DNA of 64,000 nucleotides from Candidatus Bathyarchaeota archaeon (GCA_963782525.1 CAWAKC010000008.1:26517-90516); one strand, 5' to 3'; positions 37,187 through 48,089 are shown, counted from the stretch's first letter. The notes: generated by a model not told the origin, from the sequence alone. Numbers and translations are program-made.

Positions 37187-38239
37187 TTAGCGTCCACGCG
37201 GTTTAGTTGCTTTCTCCTCTTCAGAGACATCCTCTATTCCGTTCTCGGTGACTTTAAGGATTTCCTCGCCTTCAGGCAAATAAGGACTTGAAACTAAACG
37301 TGCGATACGTATTGGTCCATGCGAAGCTCGTCTGAGGTAGATTCGTGTGGCGCTTGTATGGCCAACGATGTTTCCGCCGATTGGATGAATGGCGTCACCG
37401 AAGAATTGGTCGGGTTTCGCCATAACCTGGTTGGTTACGACTGCGACGGCGTTGAATGCTCGTGCCAGCGCGATGAGCTTATGCATGTGCTTGTTGAGTT
37501 TTTGTTGTCTTGACGCAAGCATTTCTCTTCCGATATATTCGCTTCTGAAATGAGCAGTTAACGAATCAACGATGATTAGCTTAATGTCGTTAGCTTTGAT
37601 AATTTCGTCTGCGTTTTCAAGCAGGAACATCTGGTGGTCGGATGTGTAGGCTTCAGCATAAATAATTTTTTTAACTGCTTCAGCTGGATCTAAACCTGCA
37701 GCTTTCGCCATCTGCACGATGCGTTCCAACCTAAAAGTGTTCTCGGTGTCAACGTAGAGGGCTGCACCGTTGAGTCCACCTCTTTCTGGTGGCAACTGAA
37801 CGTTGATGCATAGTTGATGGCACATTTGGCTTTTGCCACAACCGTATTCGCCGTAAAACTCTGTTATAGTTTGAGTTTCTAGGCCACCGTCTACAATCTT
37901 ATCTAAGGCTTTACTGCCAGTAGTTACTCGCAGGACGGTTTGGCGCATTTTGAAGAGTTCGTCTGCTCGGATAAATGAGATGCCGACGGATGAACGTGCA
38001 GCTTCGATGATTTGGAAAGCTTTTTTCTCGCTTACTCCGACGGGATCAAGTTCACGGCTGGTTGCCATTGCTAAGGATTCTACGGTGTGGTAGCCGAGTT
38101 CTTTGAGTTTCGCTGCTGTTGCAGGTCCAACGCCTGGTAGGTCCTCTATGAACTGGTATTTTTTCTTGTTTGTTTCAAGTATAGATTCTTCTGGCTCTTC
38201 GATGTTTTCCTGCGTTTCAACGTCGGAGTCTTCAGTCAT
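37187..38239 (-). CDS. radA: DNA repair and recombination protein RadA
   Basis: HhH N-domain, GEYGCGKSQ, YVDTENTFR, IVDS, TNQV, PIGG. Confidence 0.98.
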   Translation of the reverse strand: MTEDSDVETQENIEEPEESILETNKKKYQFIEDLPGVGPATAAKLKELGYHTVESLAMATSRELDPVGVSEKKAFQIIEAARSSVGISFIRADELFKMRQTVLRVTTGSKALDKIVDGGLETQTITEFYGEYGCGKSQMCHQLCINVQLPPERGGLNGAALYVDTENTFRLERIVQMAKAAGLDPAEAVKKIIYAEAYTSDHQMFLLENADEIIKANDIKLIIVDSLTAHFRSEYIGREMLASRQQKLNKHMHKLIALARAFNAVAVVTNQVMAKPDQFFGDAIHPIGGNIVGHTSATRIYLRRASHGPIRIARLVSSPYLPEGEEILKVTENGIEDVSEEEKATKPRGR

Positions 38240-38244
38240 TTCTT

Positions 38245-38265
38245 ATCAACACTTTTAGTGTTGAT
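38245..38265. promoter_or_regulatory. Perfect 9-bp palindrome between the radA TATA box and start codon
   Basis: ATCAACACT-TTT-AGTGTTGAT; TTTAAA at 38281-38286. Confidence 0.5.
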
Positions 38266-38376
38266 GTATGATTTGGGTTATTTAAAACACGCGAATAAAG
38301 TAGTATTTTGTGCAGTAGGGGGGTGAGTGAAAGTGAAAAATTTCTTTACTAATTAGTCATGTTTGAGAACGGGATT

Positions 38377-39276
38377 TTATGGGGGAATTACTCCCATTCG
38401 GCTGCATTCTTCTTTGAGGCTGTCTTTGATGTTTTTTAGGGTTTGGCGTTTTTGCACATATTCGTCCCCATCAATCCGCTCAGATCGGAAGTCACTGTCT
38501 AGTTGCTGAATTTGCATGTTTATTTCGCCGATTCTGGCTTTAATCTGGTCCACGTATGAGACTGCTTTTTCCTGCACAATAACCTCTGAGGGCACCAATG
38601 CCGTTTTTATGATGCCGTCTTCGATGCGTAGTATCCTAGTGGAGACGCGGGCGACGCTGGGGTCATGTGTAACCATGATTATGGTTTTGCCGAGTTCACG
38701 GTTGATTTTAACTAGGTACTCCGCAATGATTCTTGCGTTTGCCGTGTCCAACTCGCCCGTCGGCTCATCCGCCAACAAAACAGGAGCATCATTGGCTAGC
38801 GCTGAGGCTATTGCGATTCTTTGCTGTTCACCACCGCTTAACTCTTCAGGTTTATGATGGGCGCGGTCTTGCAAACCTACGGTTGAGAGGAGTTCTTGAA
38901 CTCGTTGTTTTCTTTTGCCTCTTGCGACGCCTGAAGCGACCATGGAAAATTCGATGTTTTCTTGCGCCGTTAGGGTTGGGATTAAGTTGAGGTTTTGGAA
39001 TATGTGACCTACCACTTTGCGCCGATAGTGGACTAGTTGTCGAACAGAGAGATTGGTTACGGTTTTTTCGCCTACTTGTACAGTGCCTGCGGTGGCTTTG
39101 TCTAGGCCGCCGATGATGTTTAGCAGGGTAGATTTGCCACTGCCGCTGGGGCCAATGATAGAAACTAATTCACCTGAGCTTATGTCTAGGTTTAAGCCTC
39201 GGAGGGCTTGCACTTCAATTTTGCCTGTGTGATGCACTTTGACTAAGTCTCTAATTTTTACATTAATTCCACTCAT
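38377..39276 (-). CDS. ABC transporter ATP-binding protein (LolD/MacB type)
   Basis: GPSGSGKST, LSGGEQQR, LADEPTG, VTHD. Confidence 0.95.
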   Translation of the reverse strand: MSGINVKIRDLVKVHHTGKIEVQALRGLNLDISSGELVSIIGPSGSGKSTLLNIIGGLDKATAGTVQVGEKTVTNLSVRQLVHYRRKVVGHIFQNLNLIPTLTAQENIEFSMVASGVARGKRKQRVQELLSTVGLQDRAHHKPEELSGGEQQRIAIASALANDAPVLLADEPTGELDTANARIIAEYLVKINRELGKTIIMVTHDPSVARVSTRILRIEDGIIKTALVPSEVIVQEKAVSYVDQIKARIGEINMQIQQLDSDFRSERIDGDEYVQKRQTLKNIKDSLKEECSRMGVIPP

Positions 39277-42158
39277 CTTGCTCTAACCATCTTTTCAAGT
39301 TTTGTAACGTATTGACTTGTCATTACTAGAATTGCTCCGATTGTGGAAGCGTAAATCAGAGCAATGTATGTGCCTATGGTGGCTACGGCGTTGGGTGGAT
39401 AGATTAGACGTTGGGTCACCAGAGTTGCTGTGTAGAGGGAAGAGTTGGCTGAGGTTACGGTGCCATAAACTATTATTAAGCCAACGACTACGCCTAAAAT
39501 AACCGAGAAAGTTATGGTGGCCATGCTCTCGGTAAGGAACATCCAGACCAGTTGCCGATAAGATAAGCCTCGAACGCTCATCAATGTGGCTTCTCGACTT
39601 CTCTCTTTTAAGCTAACGATGGCTATTAGGGCTGTTCCAACCGAAGCTGAGAGGACTGCGAAGACGAGCCCTAAGCCTTGAACATCGAGAATCTGTAAGT
39701 TACTGTATGTGGTGAGGTTGTTCATTGATGTCGACTGTTGCCATTCTTGGTCGAAGGAGTCAACGGCGTAAACGTCTGTTGGGTCTACGCTCTGTATTTG
39801 GTTTGCAACTTCGGTTCCATTGACACTTGGGTCAAGTTTGATTAAGTATTTTGTTTGGAAGGATTCTACTTTGTAGATGCCACTGTAGGCGCTCATGTTG
39901 AAGAGGTTTTCTGGAACATATGAATAGTAAAGTGGATTGACAAAGTTCTTTTGTACTCCTCCCCCAATGAATGTCGGTTGGTTTATACTGCTCTGCGGAG
40001 GTTCGGGACCGAAGAACCCGATAATTCTTAGTTGACGAGGACATGAGTTGAAGTCGATGCCAACTTCATCGTAGAGTTTTAGGTTTAGCTGCTTAGCGAC
40101 ACTTCGATCAAGTATGATTGTGTTGTTGCTGCCCTTCAAATCCTTCATCATCTGGTCAACGCTTGCTCCACTAAACCATCCAGGCTCATAGTAAGCACAT
40201 GTCGCCCAAGTGTCTGGGTCAATGGTTCTTACCTGCAATTGACTATAACTATCGCTAAGCGGAGCATTCAGTGTGCGCTCTATTGTTATATTGCTAATTC
40301 CCGAAACATTTCCCACGATGTCGTTCAAGACGGCTTGGGCTCTCGAAGCGTTAACCACACTGACTGTTACGTCTGCCCCAACTTGGGCGTGAACATTTCT
40401 AACTATGAAATCTTGTTGGCTTGCAACTTGCCCAGTCACCTGGACACTGAAGCCGATGATAAGAGCAATCATAAAAGCTATGGCTGCTAGGCGGGCGGGG
40501 TTTCTTCGCACGTTCTTGGCAGCTAACGCGCCTAAATCGCCCATTACTGAGGAGATTTTAGCTGCGGCTTGTTGGAATTTAGTGGAGTCTCTAATTACGA
40601 CCTTGGTTATTCCCCAGAAGAACAGGAATGGCCCAATGTAGGTCATTATTCCATCAAAGATTATCAGGGGAGTTGCAACGATGGATCCGAAAAAGCTTCC
40701 GCCAGAGTACATCCATTGGTTAACTAATTGTGGTATGTTTAGTCCGAAAATAAATACGGCTATTTTGTAGCTGCCAAGGATGAGTGCTATCCAAGATAGA
40801 ATCTTGTAGCGTGACTTATTTTCAATAGGCATATAGTCCCTTAGGGCTTCAACGGCTGGAATGCGTGAAGCTTTGCGTGATGACCAGAACACTGATGTAA
40901 GTGCTAGACCTACGCCAAAAATGATTGTGACTACGGCTATTTCGGGGCTGAACATTTGTGAAGCAAAAAGGTTGTTTAGGTTTACTGTGCCGATGTAGTA
41001 TTGGTTTAGGATTAATCCGCCGGCTACGCCGAGGGCTCCGCCGATTAAGCCGATTACTAATGCTTCGGTGAGGAACATTCGCTGTATCTGCCCGCTTGAG
41101 AGTCCTTTTGTGGATAGAAGACCGATTTCTCGTCTGCGAATGTTGAAGGAAACATCGGAAACTGTCGAGCCAAGATACCATGCGACGAAGAAAACTGGGA
41201 TTGAGACTACGATGAAGTTGATAAGCATGACTTGGAAGTTGCTTTGATAACCATACAGTGAATCGCGAAGCATGTTGTTGACATAGCCATGGGCTAAATA
41301 GCTAGCCATAACCTGATTCTGGATAGTGTCCGATATTTGGTTCACATTGACAATCGATGTTTCGATGTTCCATGGGCTGATGAGGTGTTGACGATCAACA
41401 TTGATTGAGAAGGTGATGCTGGCGGTGCTGCTATCTAAAGTGCTGTTCCAGAGTTTTTGCAGCGTATTTTCCCAACTGACAATCATCATGGGGCTTCGGT
41501 ATCCGCTAGAAGGGCCTCCATTCATTGGTGGAGGAGCAAAATTAGATACGCCCCCATAGTAGATTATGCCTCCATTGTTACTGTTGGTAAGAAGGGCATA
41601 GCCTGTATCAGTTAATTCTGCAAAACCAGCTACAGTAAGGTTAACGTAAACTGCTGATGTATTGTAATATTTAGGAGTTGGAAAATTAATCATAGTGGTA
41701 ATATTGTCTCCAACGTGGAGTTTCTGCGCCAGAGAACTGCCAGCCATGATGTAAGTATAGTTCTCGGGTATTCCGCCAAACGGCTTATTCTCCCATTCAC
41801 TATAAATTCTTGAAGTGTCAGGAAAACTAGTCATCTGCGTATAATCAGAGGTAGTGTAATTATCACTAGACGAGCTTATCGGCATCGAAAAAGATGCAAC
41901 CATATCAACTGTTTTTACGCCTGCAACCCTAGTAATGTTTTGGTAGGCTAAAGCAAGGTTAGACTGGTTCAAGTTTACGTTGAAGCTTATGTCGGTTATT
42001 ACGTTGCTGATTTCTTTGTCTAGGGTTTGTTCAGCAGATAAATTTGATTTTACACCTATGGCTGCGCAGAAAGTTGCCGCCAAAGTTATGCCGATTAAGA
42101 GTGCTGTAAAGAGTTTCCAGTTGCGAAAGACATGTTTGATAGGGTACATTAGCGGCAT
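39273..42158 (-). CDS. ABC transporter permease, FtsX-like
   Basis: Two FtsX-type repeats (RRREIGLL.TKG; ERSRE..LM.VRG). Confidence 0.9.
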   Translation of the reverse strand: MPLMYPIKHVFRNWKLFTALLIGITLAATFCAAIGVKSNLSAEQTLDKEISNVITDISFNVNLNQSNLALAYQNITRVAGVKTVDMVASFSMPISSSSDNYTTSDYTQMTSFPDTSRIYSEWENKPFGGIPENYTYIMAGSSLAQKLHVGDNITTMINFPTPKYYNTSAVYVNLTVAGFAELTDTGYALLTNSNNGGIIYYGGVSNFAPPPMNGGPSSGYRSPMMIVSWENTLQKLWNSTLDSSTASITFSINVDRQHLISPWNIETSIVNVNQISDTIQNQVMASYLAHGYVNNMLRDSLYGYQSNFQVMLINFIVVSIPVFFVAWYLGSTVSDVSFNIRRREIGLLSTKGLSSGQIQRMFLTEALVIGLIGGALGVAGGLILNQYYIGTVNLNNLFASQMFSPEIAVVTIIFGVGLALTSVFWSSRKASRIPAVEALRDYMPIENKSRYKILSWIALILGSYKIAVFIFGLNIPQLVNQWMYSGGSFFGSIVATPLIIFDGIMTYIGPFLFFWGITKVVIRDSTKFQQAAAKISSVMGDLGALAAKNVRRNPARLAAIAFMIALIIGFSVQVTGQVASQQDFIVRNVHAQVGADVTVSVVNASRAQAVLNDIVGNVSGISNITIERTLNAPLSDSYSQLQVRTIDPDTWATCAYYEPGWFSGASVDQMMKDLKGSNNTIILDRSVAKQLNLKLYDEVGIDFNSCPRQLRIIGFFGPEPPQSSINQPTFIGGGVQKNFVNPLYYSYVPENLFNMSAYSGIYKVESFQTKYLIKLDPSVNGTEVANQIQSVDPTDVYAVDSFDQEWQQSTSMNNLTTYSNLQILDVQGLGLVFAVLSASVGTALIAIVSLKERSREATLMSVRGLSYRQLVWMFLTESMATITFSVILGVVVGLIIVYGTVTSANSSLYTATLVTQRLIYPPNAVATIGTYIALIYASTIGAILVMTSQYVTKLEKMVRAR

Positions 42159-42295
42159 TAGATATCAAACCCTTGTTTGTTGTGTTTACTTTTAAGTCTA
42201 CTTGTTAGAACACCCGATCCATCACTTTCAATAGAGCCTGCAACCGCTTAACAGGCTAGAAAGAATTAAATCACAAGTCCTTCCTCTACTAGCCC

Positions 42296-43693
42296 ATGAA
42301 AAGTTTTCTGGGTCACCTAACAGCAGAGAACATGAGCCTCTTCACCGACTACTATGAGTTAACGATGTGCGCAAGCTACTTTGACAACAAAAAATTTGAG
42401 CCTGCCACATTCGACCTCTTCATTCGGCGGTTGCCAGAAAACCGCAGCTACTTTCTCTTTGCAGGCTTAGAAGAAGCGCTTCAGTACCTACAAAACATCA
42501 GGTTTACCGATGAACATTTGAAGTACCTCCAAAAAAAAGGTTTTCGCCAAGACTTCCTCGAGTATCTACACGACTTCAAGTTTACGGGAGACGTATGGGC
42601 TGTTCCTGAGGGCACTTTAGCGTTTCCCAACGAACCCTTAATGCGAGTAACTGCGCCAATCATCGAGGCACAAATAGTAGAAACTTTTCTACTCAACACA
42701 ATTAACCTGCAAACAATGATAGCCACTAAAACCTCACGGGTAGTCCAAGCTGCCAGAGGCAAATCGGTTATCGAATTCGGTTTAAGACGTGAACAGGGTG
42801 TCGATGCGGGAATGAAAGTGGCGCGTTCCAGCTACATTGCAGGCTGCCAGGGCACCAGCAACGTTTTAGCGGGCATGGCATACGGCATCCCACTCTTCGG
42901 CACGATGGCCCACTCATTCATTATGTCTTACCCAAAAGAAATCGACGCATTCCGGGCATTTGCCAAAACATTCCCAAACAAATCCACTCTCCTCATCGAC
43001 ACCTACAACGACCTTGCAGGCGCAGAAAAAGCCGTCCTAGTTGCTAAGGAACTCAAAGCAAACGGCTTCAAATTGGGCGGGGTCAGGCTCGACAGCGGAG
43101 ACTTAGCCGAAACCAGCAAAAAAGTTAGAAAGATATTAGATGAAAATTGTTTGGATTATGTTAAGATTTTTGTCAGCGGCGACTTGGACGAATACAGAAT
43201 CACTCAACTGCTTGATAGCGGCGCAAAAATAGATTCTTTTGGCGTAGGCACTAAGATGGGTACTTCTGCCGACCGTCCATACCTCGATGTCATCTACAAA
43301 CTATGTGAAACCATGGCGTCCGGCGGCAGTTTTTCGCCTATTATGAAGTTAAGTAAAGATAAAATTACGTTGCCGGGACGCAAGCAAGTTTACCGCTTCA
43401 AAGATGAAGATGGCAAGTTTAATTGGGACGTTATTGCCTTGGCAGATGAGAAATCTGTGGGTTACCCATTGCTTGTTGAGGTCATGAAAAAAGGCAAATT
43501 AACCCATAACTTGCCCTCGCTTAACCAAATTCGCTCAAAAGCTGAAGAGAACCTTTCAAAGCTTCCAGATGAGTTTAAGGCATTGACGAATGCTCCAGTG
43601 TATCCAGTTGAGTTAAGCCGGAAACTTCAAGCCCTAAAAGAAACCACAAAACTTCAGTTAACTAAAAATGAGATAAACAATGGAGCCCAATAA
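42296..43693 (+). CDS. pncB: Nicotinate phosphoribosyltransferase
   Basis: TDYYELTM, EFGLRR, GTMAHS, LIDTY, VRLDSGD, FGVGT. Confidence 0.95.
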   Translation: MKSFLGHLTAENMSLFTDYYELTMCASYFDNKKFEPATFDLFIRRLPENRSYFLFAGLEEALQYLQNIRFTDEHLKYLQKKGFRQDFLEYLHDFKFTGDVWAVPEGTLAFPNEPLMRVTAPIIEAQIVETFLLNTINLQTMIATKTSRVVQAARGKSVIEFGLRREQGVDAGMKVARSSYIAGCQGTSNVLAGMAYGIPLFGTMAHSFIMSYPKEIDAFRAFAKTFPNKSTLLIDTYNDLAGAEKAVLVAKELKANGFKLGGVRLDSGDLAETSKKVRKILDENCLDYVKIFVSGDLDEYRITQLLDSGAKIDSFGVGTKMGTSADRPYLDVIYKLCETMASGGSFSPIMKLSKDKITLPGRKQVYRFKDEDGKFNWDVIALADEKSVGYPLLVEVMKKGKLTHNLPSLNQIRSKAEENLSKLPDEFKALTNAPVYPVELSRKLQALKETTKLQLTKNEINNGAQ

Positions 43694-43991
43694 AACAGGG
43701 TAAGTGTTAATCTTTTTGTTGCATCCCTTTTTGTGTTCGCCGGGCCGTAACTTTTTCCGCCGTGTCGATATCGAGGCGAAGTTTTTCCATATTCTTTTAT
43801 GTATTCACAAGTATAGAAAAAGCCCTCAATCCTGCCTTGCAGACTACTAAACACTCCCTTTTTCCTACACGTCTTAAGTGTTTTTTCCGTTTAGTTTTTA
43901 CGTAATTCCCTTATTTCTGGGCGTAATTTGGCAAACCCTTAATAGTCATTTTGAAAAACCTTTAGTGCTATCCAAAAGCGGGAGACCTTGA

Positions 43992-45188
43992 ATGCAAAAT
44001 CGCCCAGCTATAGTTGCTGTTGGCCGCACAAAGTTTGGAGAACACTACGGCAAAGAACCAGAAAAACTAATTGAGGAAGCTTGGCTTGCCGCTTCAAACG
44101 AATGCAGCATAGAACGCAAAGACCTTGAAGCATGTTACATGTCTGATTGCTTTTTACCCATCACCAACAAGTTGGGCTTAGAAGAGGGGTTCCTCTCAGA
44201 ATTAACTGAACTTCATGTGCCCATGGAAGTTACCCGCTCTTTTAGTGCTGCGTTGCTGACGGCTTGCAATGCAATTCAAGCCGGAGTCTACAATACGGTG
44301 CTGGTAGGCGGCATAGAAAAGATGACGGATCGCTGGGACAAAATCCGTGACGACCTCATGCTTCTCGATGACCCTTGGAGCTACTTTGCAGGTGGCACAC
44401 CCGAATCAAACCACGAACTCATGCTTCGTGCCTACATAAAAAAACACCACATCGCAGGTGAAGACCTGGAAAAACTTAACGTAGCGCTCGCAGAGGTTAC
44501 TGTTAAGAATCATGCGAATGCAACCAAAAACAAGTATGCCCAATACCAAAGAAAAATCACGATCGATCAAGTCCTAACCGCTCGGAAAACTGCGCATAAA
44601 TCTTTGGGACTCTACGATTTTGCTCCAATATCCGATGGAGCTTCAGCTTTAATTCTTACAAGCGACTCAGTCGCCAAAAAAATGACTAAGCAACCTATCC
44701 ACATCTTAGGCTGCGGTTCAGCAACAGACTACCTTAATTACCCCAAAAGAGAAGACCTATCGCACTTTGTCGCTGCTGAGCTTGCAATGAAAAGTGCAAC
44801 CAAAACCTCCAAAGTTAAACCCTCTGATTTGCAGGTTATAGAAGTCTACGATCAATCTACCGTTATGGAGATGGTTTCACTCGAAGACTTAGGCTTCTGC
44901 CAACCTGGAAAGGCTTGGAAAAGCATTCACGGCTGCGAAAACTGCTACGACATAGGTGGCAAACCACTCTACGTGAACACGAACGGCGGATTAAAAGCAG
45001 ATGGCAACCCGTTGGGAGCAACTGGTGGCGCGCAGATTTACGAGATTTACCGCCAACTCCGCAGTGAAGCTGGCGAAAGACAAGTTCACGTTGATGGCGG
45101 TTCACCAAAGAATGGTGCTGTGCTCGAGTTCGAGGGTTTTGGAACTAAAGCATACGTAACCATCTTAGGAGAGAGCAAGAATGAGTAG
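43992..45188 (+). CDS. Thiolase-fold protein (archaeal acetoacetyl-CoA thiolase-like, catalytic residues degenerate)
   Basis: GRTKFG, GIEKM, PISDGASA, NTNGGL..G.PLGATG; catalytic Cys and His not found. Confidence 0.8.
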   Translation: MQNRPAIVAVGRTKFGEHYGKEPEKLIEEAWLAASNECSIERKDLEACYMSDCFLPITNKLGLEEGFLSELTELHVPMEVTRSFSAALLTACNAIQAGVYNTVLVGGIEKMTDRWDKIRDDLMLLDDPWSYFAGGTPESNHELMLRAYIKKHHIAGEDLEKLNVALAEVTVKNHANATKNKYAQYQRKITIDQVLTARKTAHKSLGLYDFAPISDGASALILTSDSVAKKMTKQPIHILGCGSATDYLNYPKREDLSHFVAAELAMKSATKTSKVKPSDLQVIEVYDQSTVMEMVSLEDLGFCQPGKAWKSIHGCENCYDIGGKPLYVNTNGGLKADGNPLGATGGAQIYEIYRQLRSEAGERQVHVDGGSPKNGAVLEFEGFGTKAYVTILGESKNE

Positions 45189-46689
45189 TGAACCGATAGA
45201 GAGACGCGTTTCTTACTTGGGTGACCGCTTAAAGGCTTGTCGTTGTCAAAGCTGCGGCAAAGAATACTTTGAAGTGCGCGATTATTGCAGTAACTGCGGA
45301 AGAAAAAGCTTCGGCAAAATGGACAGCATAGACCTGTTCTACGACAAGGGTAAACTAGAAGTCTGCACCTACGTCAACGAACCCACAAACAAATTCACTA
45401 AACTCTCCAGCTACATCTACGGCATAGTATCTTTTCATGATGGAAAAATCCGTGTTCCCGCCAGATTAACTGACCAGCTAATTTGCGATGGCGAAGATGT
45501 TGATTTAGCGAGTTTTGAAGGCAGGGATGTAATTCCACGGTTCCGAAGACGATATGCGGTGGGAAAAAGTGAGGTCATTCCAACAATTTCTTTAGCGTTT
45601 ACCTTGGCTGATGAGTATTATCCTCATCAAGAGTATAAAGTGGTTCAACCGACCAAGGAATATGATTTACCAGGCATTGTGGGCTACGGTGCTTACACTT
45701 CGCGTTTCCGAATAAAGGAAGAAAGTTTAGAGCGTGCTGTTCCATTCATCGACGAAGATTCAGTTACGGCTGCCGTTGAAGCTGGAAAACTTGCGCTTAT
45801 CCATTCCGGACTTGACAGTTCATGGGTTGGAAAAGTCTACGTAGGTTCCGAATCAAACCCCTATGCTGTTAAACCAATTGCTTCAAAGGTAGCTCAAGTT
45901 CTCCAACTTGGCGAAGAAGAAGGTGACATCCAAGGCGTAGACGCCGTAGACACCGAGTTTGCATGCAAAGCCGGCACAAGCATGTTCAAAGACGCCTCAG
46001 CCTTGGTAAGTTATCCACGTTCCGGCATCAAGTACGCTATGGTTATTGGCGCAGACAACTCTCAAGCAGCCCCCAGAGGCTGCCCAGGAGGCGAATTGGA
46101 CAAATACGTCGGATATGGTGGCGCAGCATTCCTGTTTGGAAAGCATGACGTCATCGCTGAAGTTGAAGGCTGGTACTCCTGCACTTCCGACACCCCAGAC
46201 TTCTGGCGTCGCGACGGCGAACAATATCCAATGCACGGCGGAAGATTCACAGGTGACCCCGCTTACTTTAAGCATGTTCGTAAATCAGCTACTAAACTGA
46301 TGGAACGCTTAAACGTCAAAGCAGCCGACTTGAACTATTTTGTTCCTCATCAGCCTAACCCGCAGTTTCCAGTAAGAATCGCAAAAGAACTTGGCTTTAA
46401 AGAAGAACAGTATCTGCCTGCTATTCAAATTACAAAGTTCGGCAACACTTACTCTGGAGCCGCACTGGTGGGTTTAGCCGCAACTCTTGACGTTGCAAAG
46501 CCCGACGAACGCATCTTAGTTGCAAGTTATGGTTCAGGCGCAGGAAGCGACGCATACCTACTTAGAACAACAAGCCAAATTCTCGACAAACGTAAACGCC
46601 AAAAAATCACAGTTAAATTCCAATCAGAGAACCCGTTCATTGAATACGTTGATTATACGACTTATCGGCGACTCAAGACAGGAATGTAA
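45181..46689 (+). CDS. mvaS: DUF35 (Zn-ribbon/OB)-hydroxymethylglutaryl-CoA synthase fusion
   Basis: N-terminal CQSC...CSNC/OB region; GIVGYG, DEDSVT, EFACKAGT, HQPN, GNTYSG, SYGSGAGSDA. Confidence 0.88.
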   Translation: MSSEPIERRVSYLGDRLKACRCQSCGKEYFEVRDYCSNCGRKSFGKMDSIDLFYDKGKLEVCTYVNEPTNKFTKLSSYIYGIVSFHDGKIRVPARLTDQLICDGEDVDLASFEGRDVIPRFRRRYAVGKSEVIPTISLAFTLADEYYPHQEYKVVQPTKEYDLPGIVGYGAYTSRFRIKEESLERAVPFIDEDSVTAAVEAGKLALIHSGLDSSWVGKVYVGSESNPYAVKPIASKVAQVLQLGEEEGDIQGVDAVDTEFACKAGTSMFKDASALVSYPRSGIKYAMVIGADNSQAAPRGCPGGELDKYVGYGGAAFLFGKHDVIAEVEGWYSCTSDTPDFWRRDGEQYPMHGGRFTGDPAYFKHVRKSATKLMERLNVKAADLNYFVPHQPNPQFPVRIAKELGFKEEQYLPAIQITKFGNTYSGAALVGLAATLDVAKPDERILVASYGSGAGSDAYLLRTTSQILDKRKRQKITVKFQSENPFIEYVDYTTYRRLKTGM

Positions 46690-46769
46690 CCAAACAAAAT
46701 TTTTCTTTTTTTATGAAATTTTAGCAACTTATTGTCTGCTTTGCTATGAAAGTTAAAAACACTTAATAA

Positions 46770-48089
46770 ATGCCAAGCAATCTTCACATTGCGAGGGAGC
46801 GAATTAGATTGATTATTGACGACATACTGCAGGTTATATACGCACCGCAAAAAGCATTCAAGAGCATTGTAACAAACCCAAAGTATCTTGGTGCATTGAT
46901 TGTTGTACTACTCTTCGTGGGCTTAGAAATAGGCTACGAATATTCCCAATTCTCTAAAACTTACACTGAACAAACATCGCCATCAATTGACCAGTTGGGA
47001 ACTTTTACGAACGCGTCAAATTGGGCAGCCGCCCCAAATGTTGCGTTAACCAACAATTTTGATGACTACATAAATTACAGTATTTACGTGGCGGGTTTTG
47101 GGCTTCCACCATCAGATTCCAACGCTTACTATAGTCTCTTTGGCAACAACAGCATGCAAATGAGCACTTCAAACACAAATATCCTAACTGCCGCTTTAGC
47201 TAACACGTCCAATGTTGACTGTAGCCCAAGCGGTTTTCAAAACCTCACAATATCCTTAAAACTTGTGGAGCCACTAACATCGCCGCAAAACGCCACTTTG
47301 ACTTTGTATTCGCTTGGCGGCGTTTCAGATACTTACCAATATAACATGGCTTCTTTGTTGTCCAATGCAACCAATGGTGAATGGACTAACCTGACTCTTC
47401 CGCTTGGACCAAACGCGGTAGCTTGGACAAGCAAAGGTGCTCCTACATGGAGTAACATTACTTCACTTCAATTAGATTTCACTTATCCATCCAGCTCAAA
47501 CATAACTGTCCGTGTTGGTGAATTATTCTTCCATGGCGAATACCAAACTCCTATTCAATATAACAGCACAGGCATCCTCCTCCAGTTCCTACAGTTATTC
47601 TCGCTGCAGTTCATCTTCGCCTGGTTTATCTTGACTGGCATAATCTACTTGGTCTGTAGACTACAGAAAAATCCAGTACTTTGGAAACCGCTCTTTGCAG
47701 TAATCGGCTACGCATTGTTCATCATGGTTATTCGAGCGGTAGTTAACCTCGCCGCCACTCTAATCCTGCCCACGGTCTATTACCCATTTGACCTCTCGCT
47801 GGGTGCACGCTTTGACCCCTTCGCCGCACTATATTACCCATCAGACGCACTGGGAACATTACCTGCGATGTCACATGCAATTTTCAACAACATCGACTCA
47901 TCAACCATGGCTTTCAGAGACATAGTTTCAGGAATGTTCATCGTGTCCTACGTATGGCTTGGCGCAGTAGTTGCTTTGGCTATCGGAACACTCAAACCAG
48001 AGTTCTCCACAATCAAAAAAATTGCCATATCAGCAGGCAGCATAGCCATAGTAATTTTGCTCCTCATCTTCCTGGTCGGAGCAATCTAA
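46770..48089 (+). CDS. Yip1-like membrane protein with large extracellular insert
   Basis: VIYAP.KAF..I...P N-terminus, N/S/T-rich extracellular domain, multiple TM helices. Confidence 0.65.
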   Translation: MPSNLHIARERIRLIIDDILQVIYAPQKAFKSIVTNPKYLGALIVVLLFVGLEIGYEYSQFSKTYTEQTSPSIDQLGTFTNASNWAAAPNVALTNNFDDYINYSIYVAGFGLPPSDSNAYYSLFGNNSMQMSTSNTNILTAALANTSNVDCSPSGFQNLTISLKLVEPLTSPQNATLTLYSLGGVSDTYQYNMASLLSNATNGEWTNLTLPLGPNAVAWTSKGAPTWSNITSLQLDFTYPSSSNITVRVGELFFHGEYQTPIQYNSTGILLQFLQLFSLQFIFAWFILTGIIYLVCRLQKNPVLWKPLFAVIGYALFIMVIRAVVNLAATLILPTVYYPFDLSLGARFDPFAALYYPSDALGTLPAMSHAIFNNIDSSTMAFRDIVSGMFIVSYVWLGAVVALAIGTLKPEFSTIKKIAISAGSIAIVILLLIFLVGAI

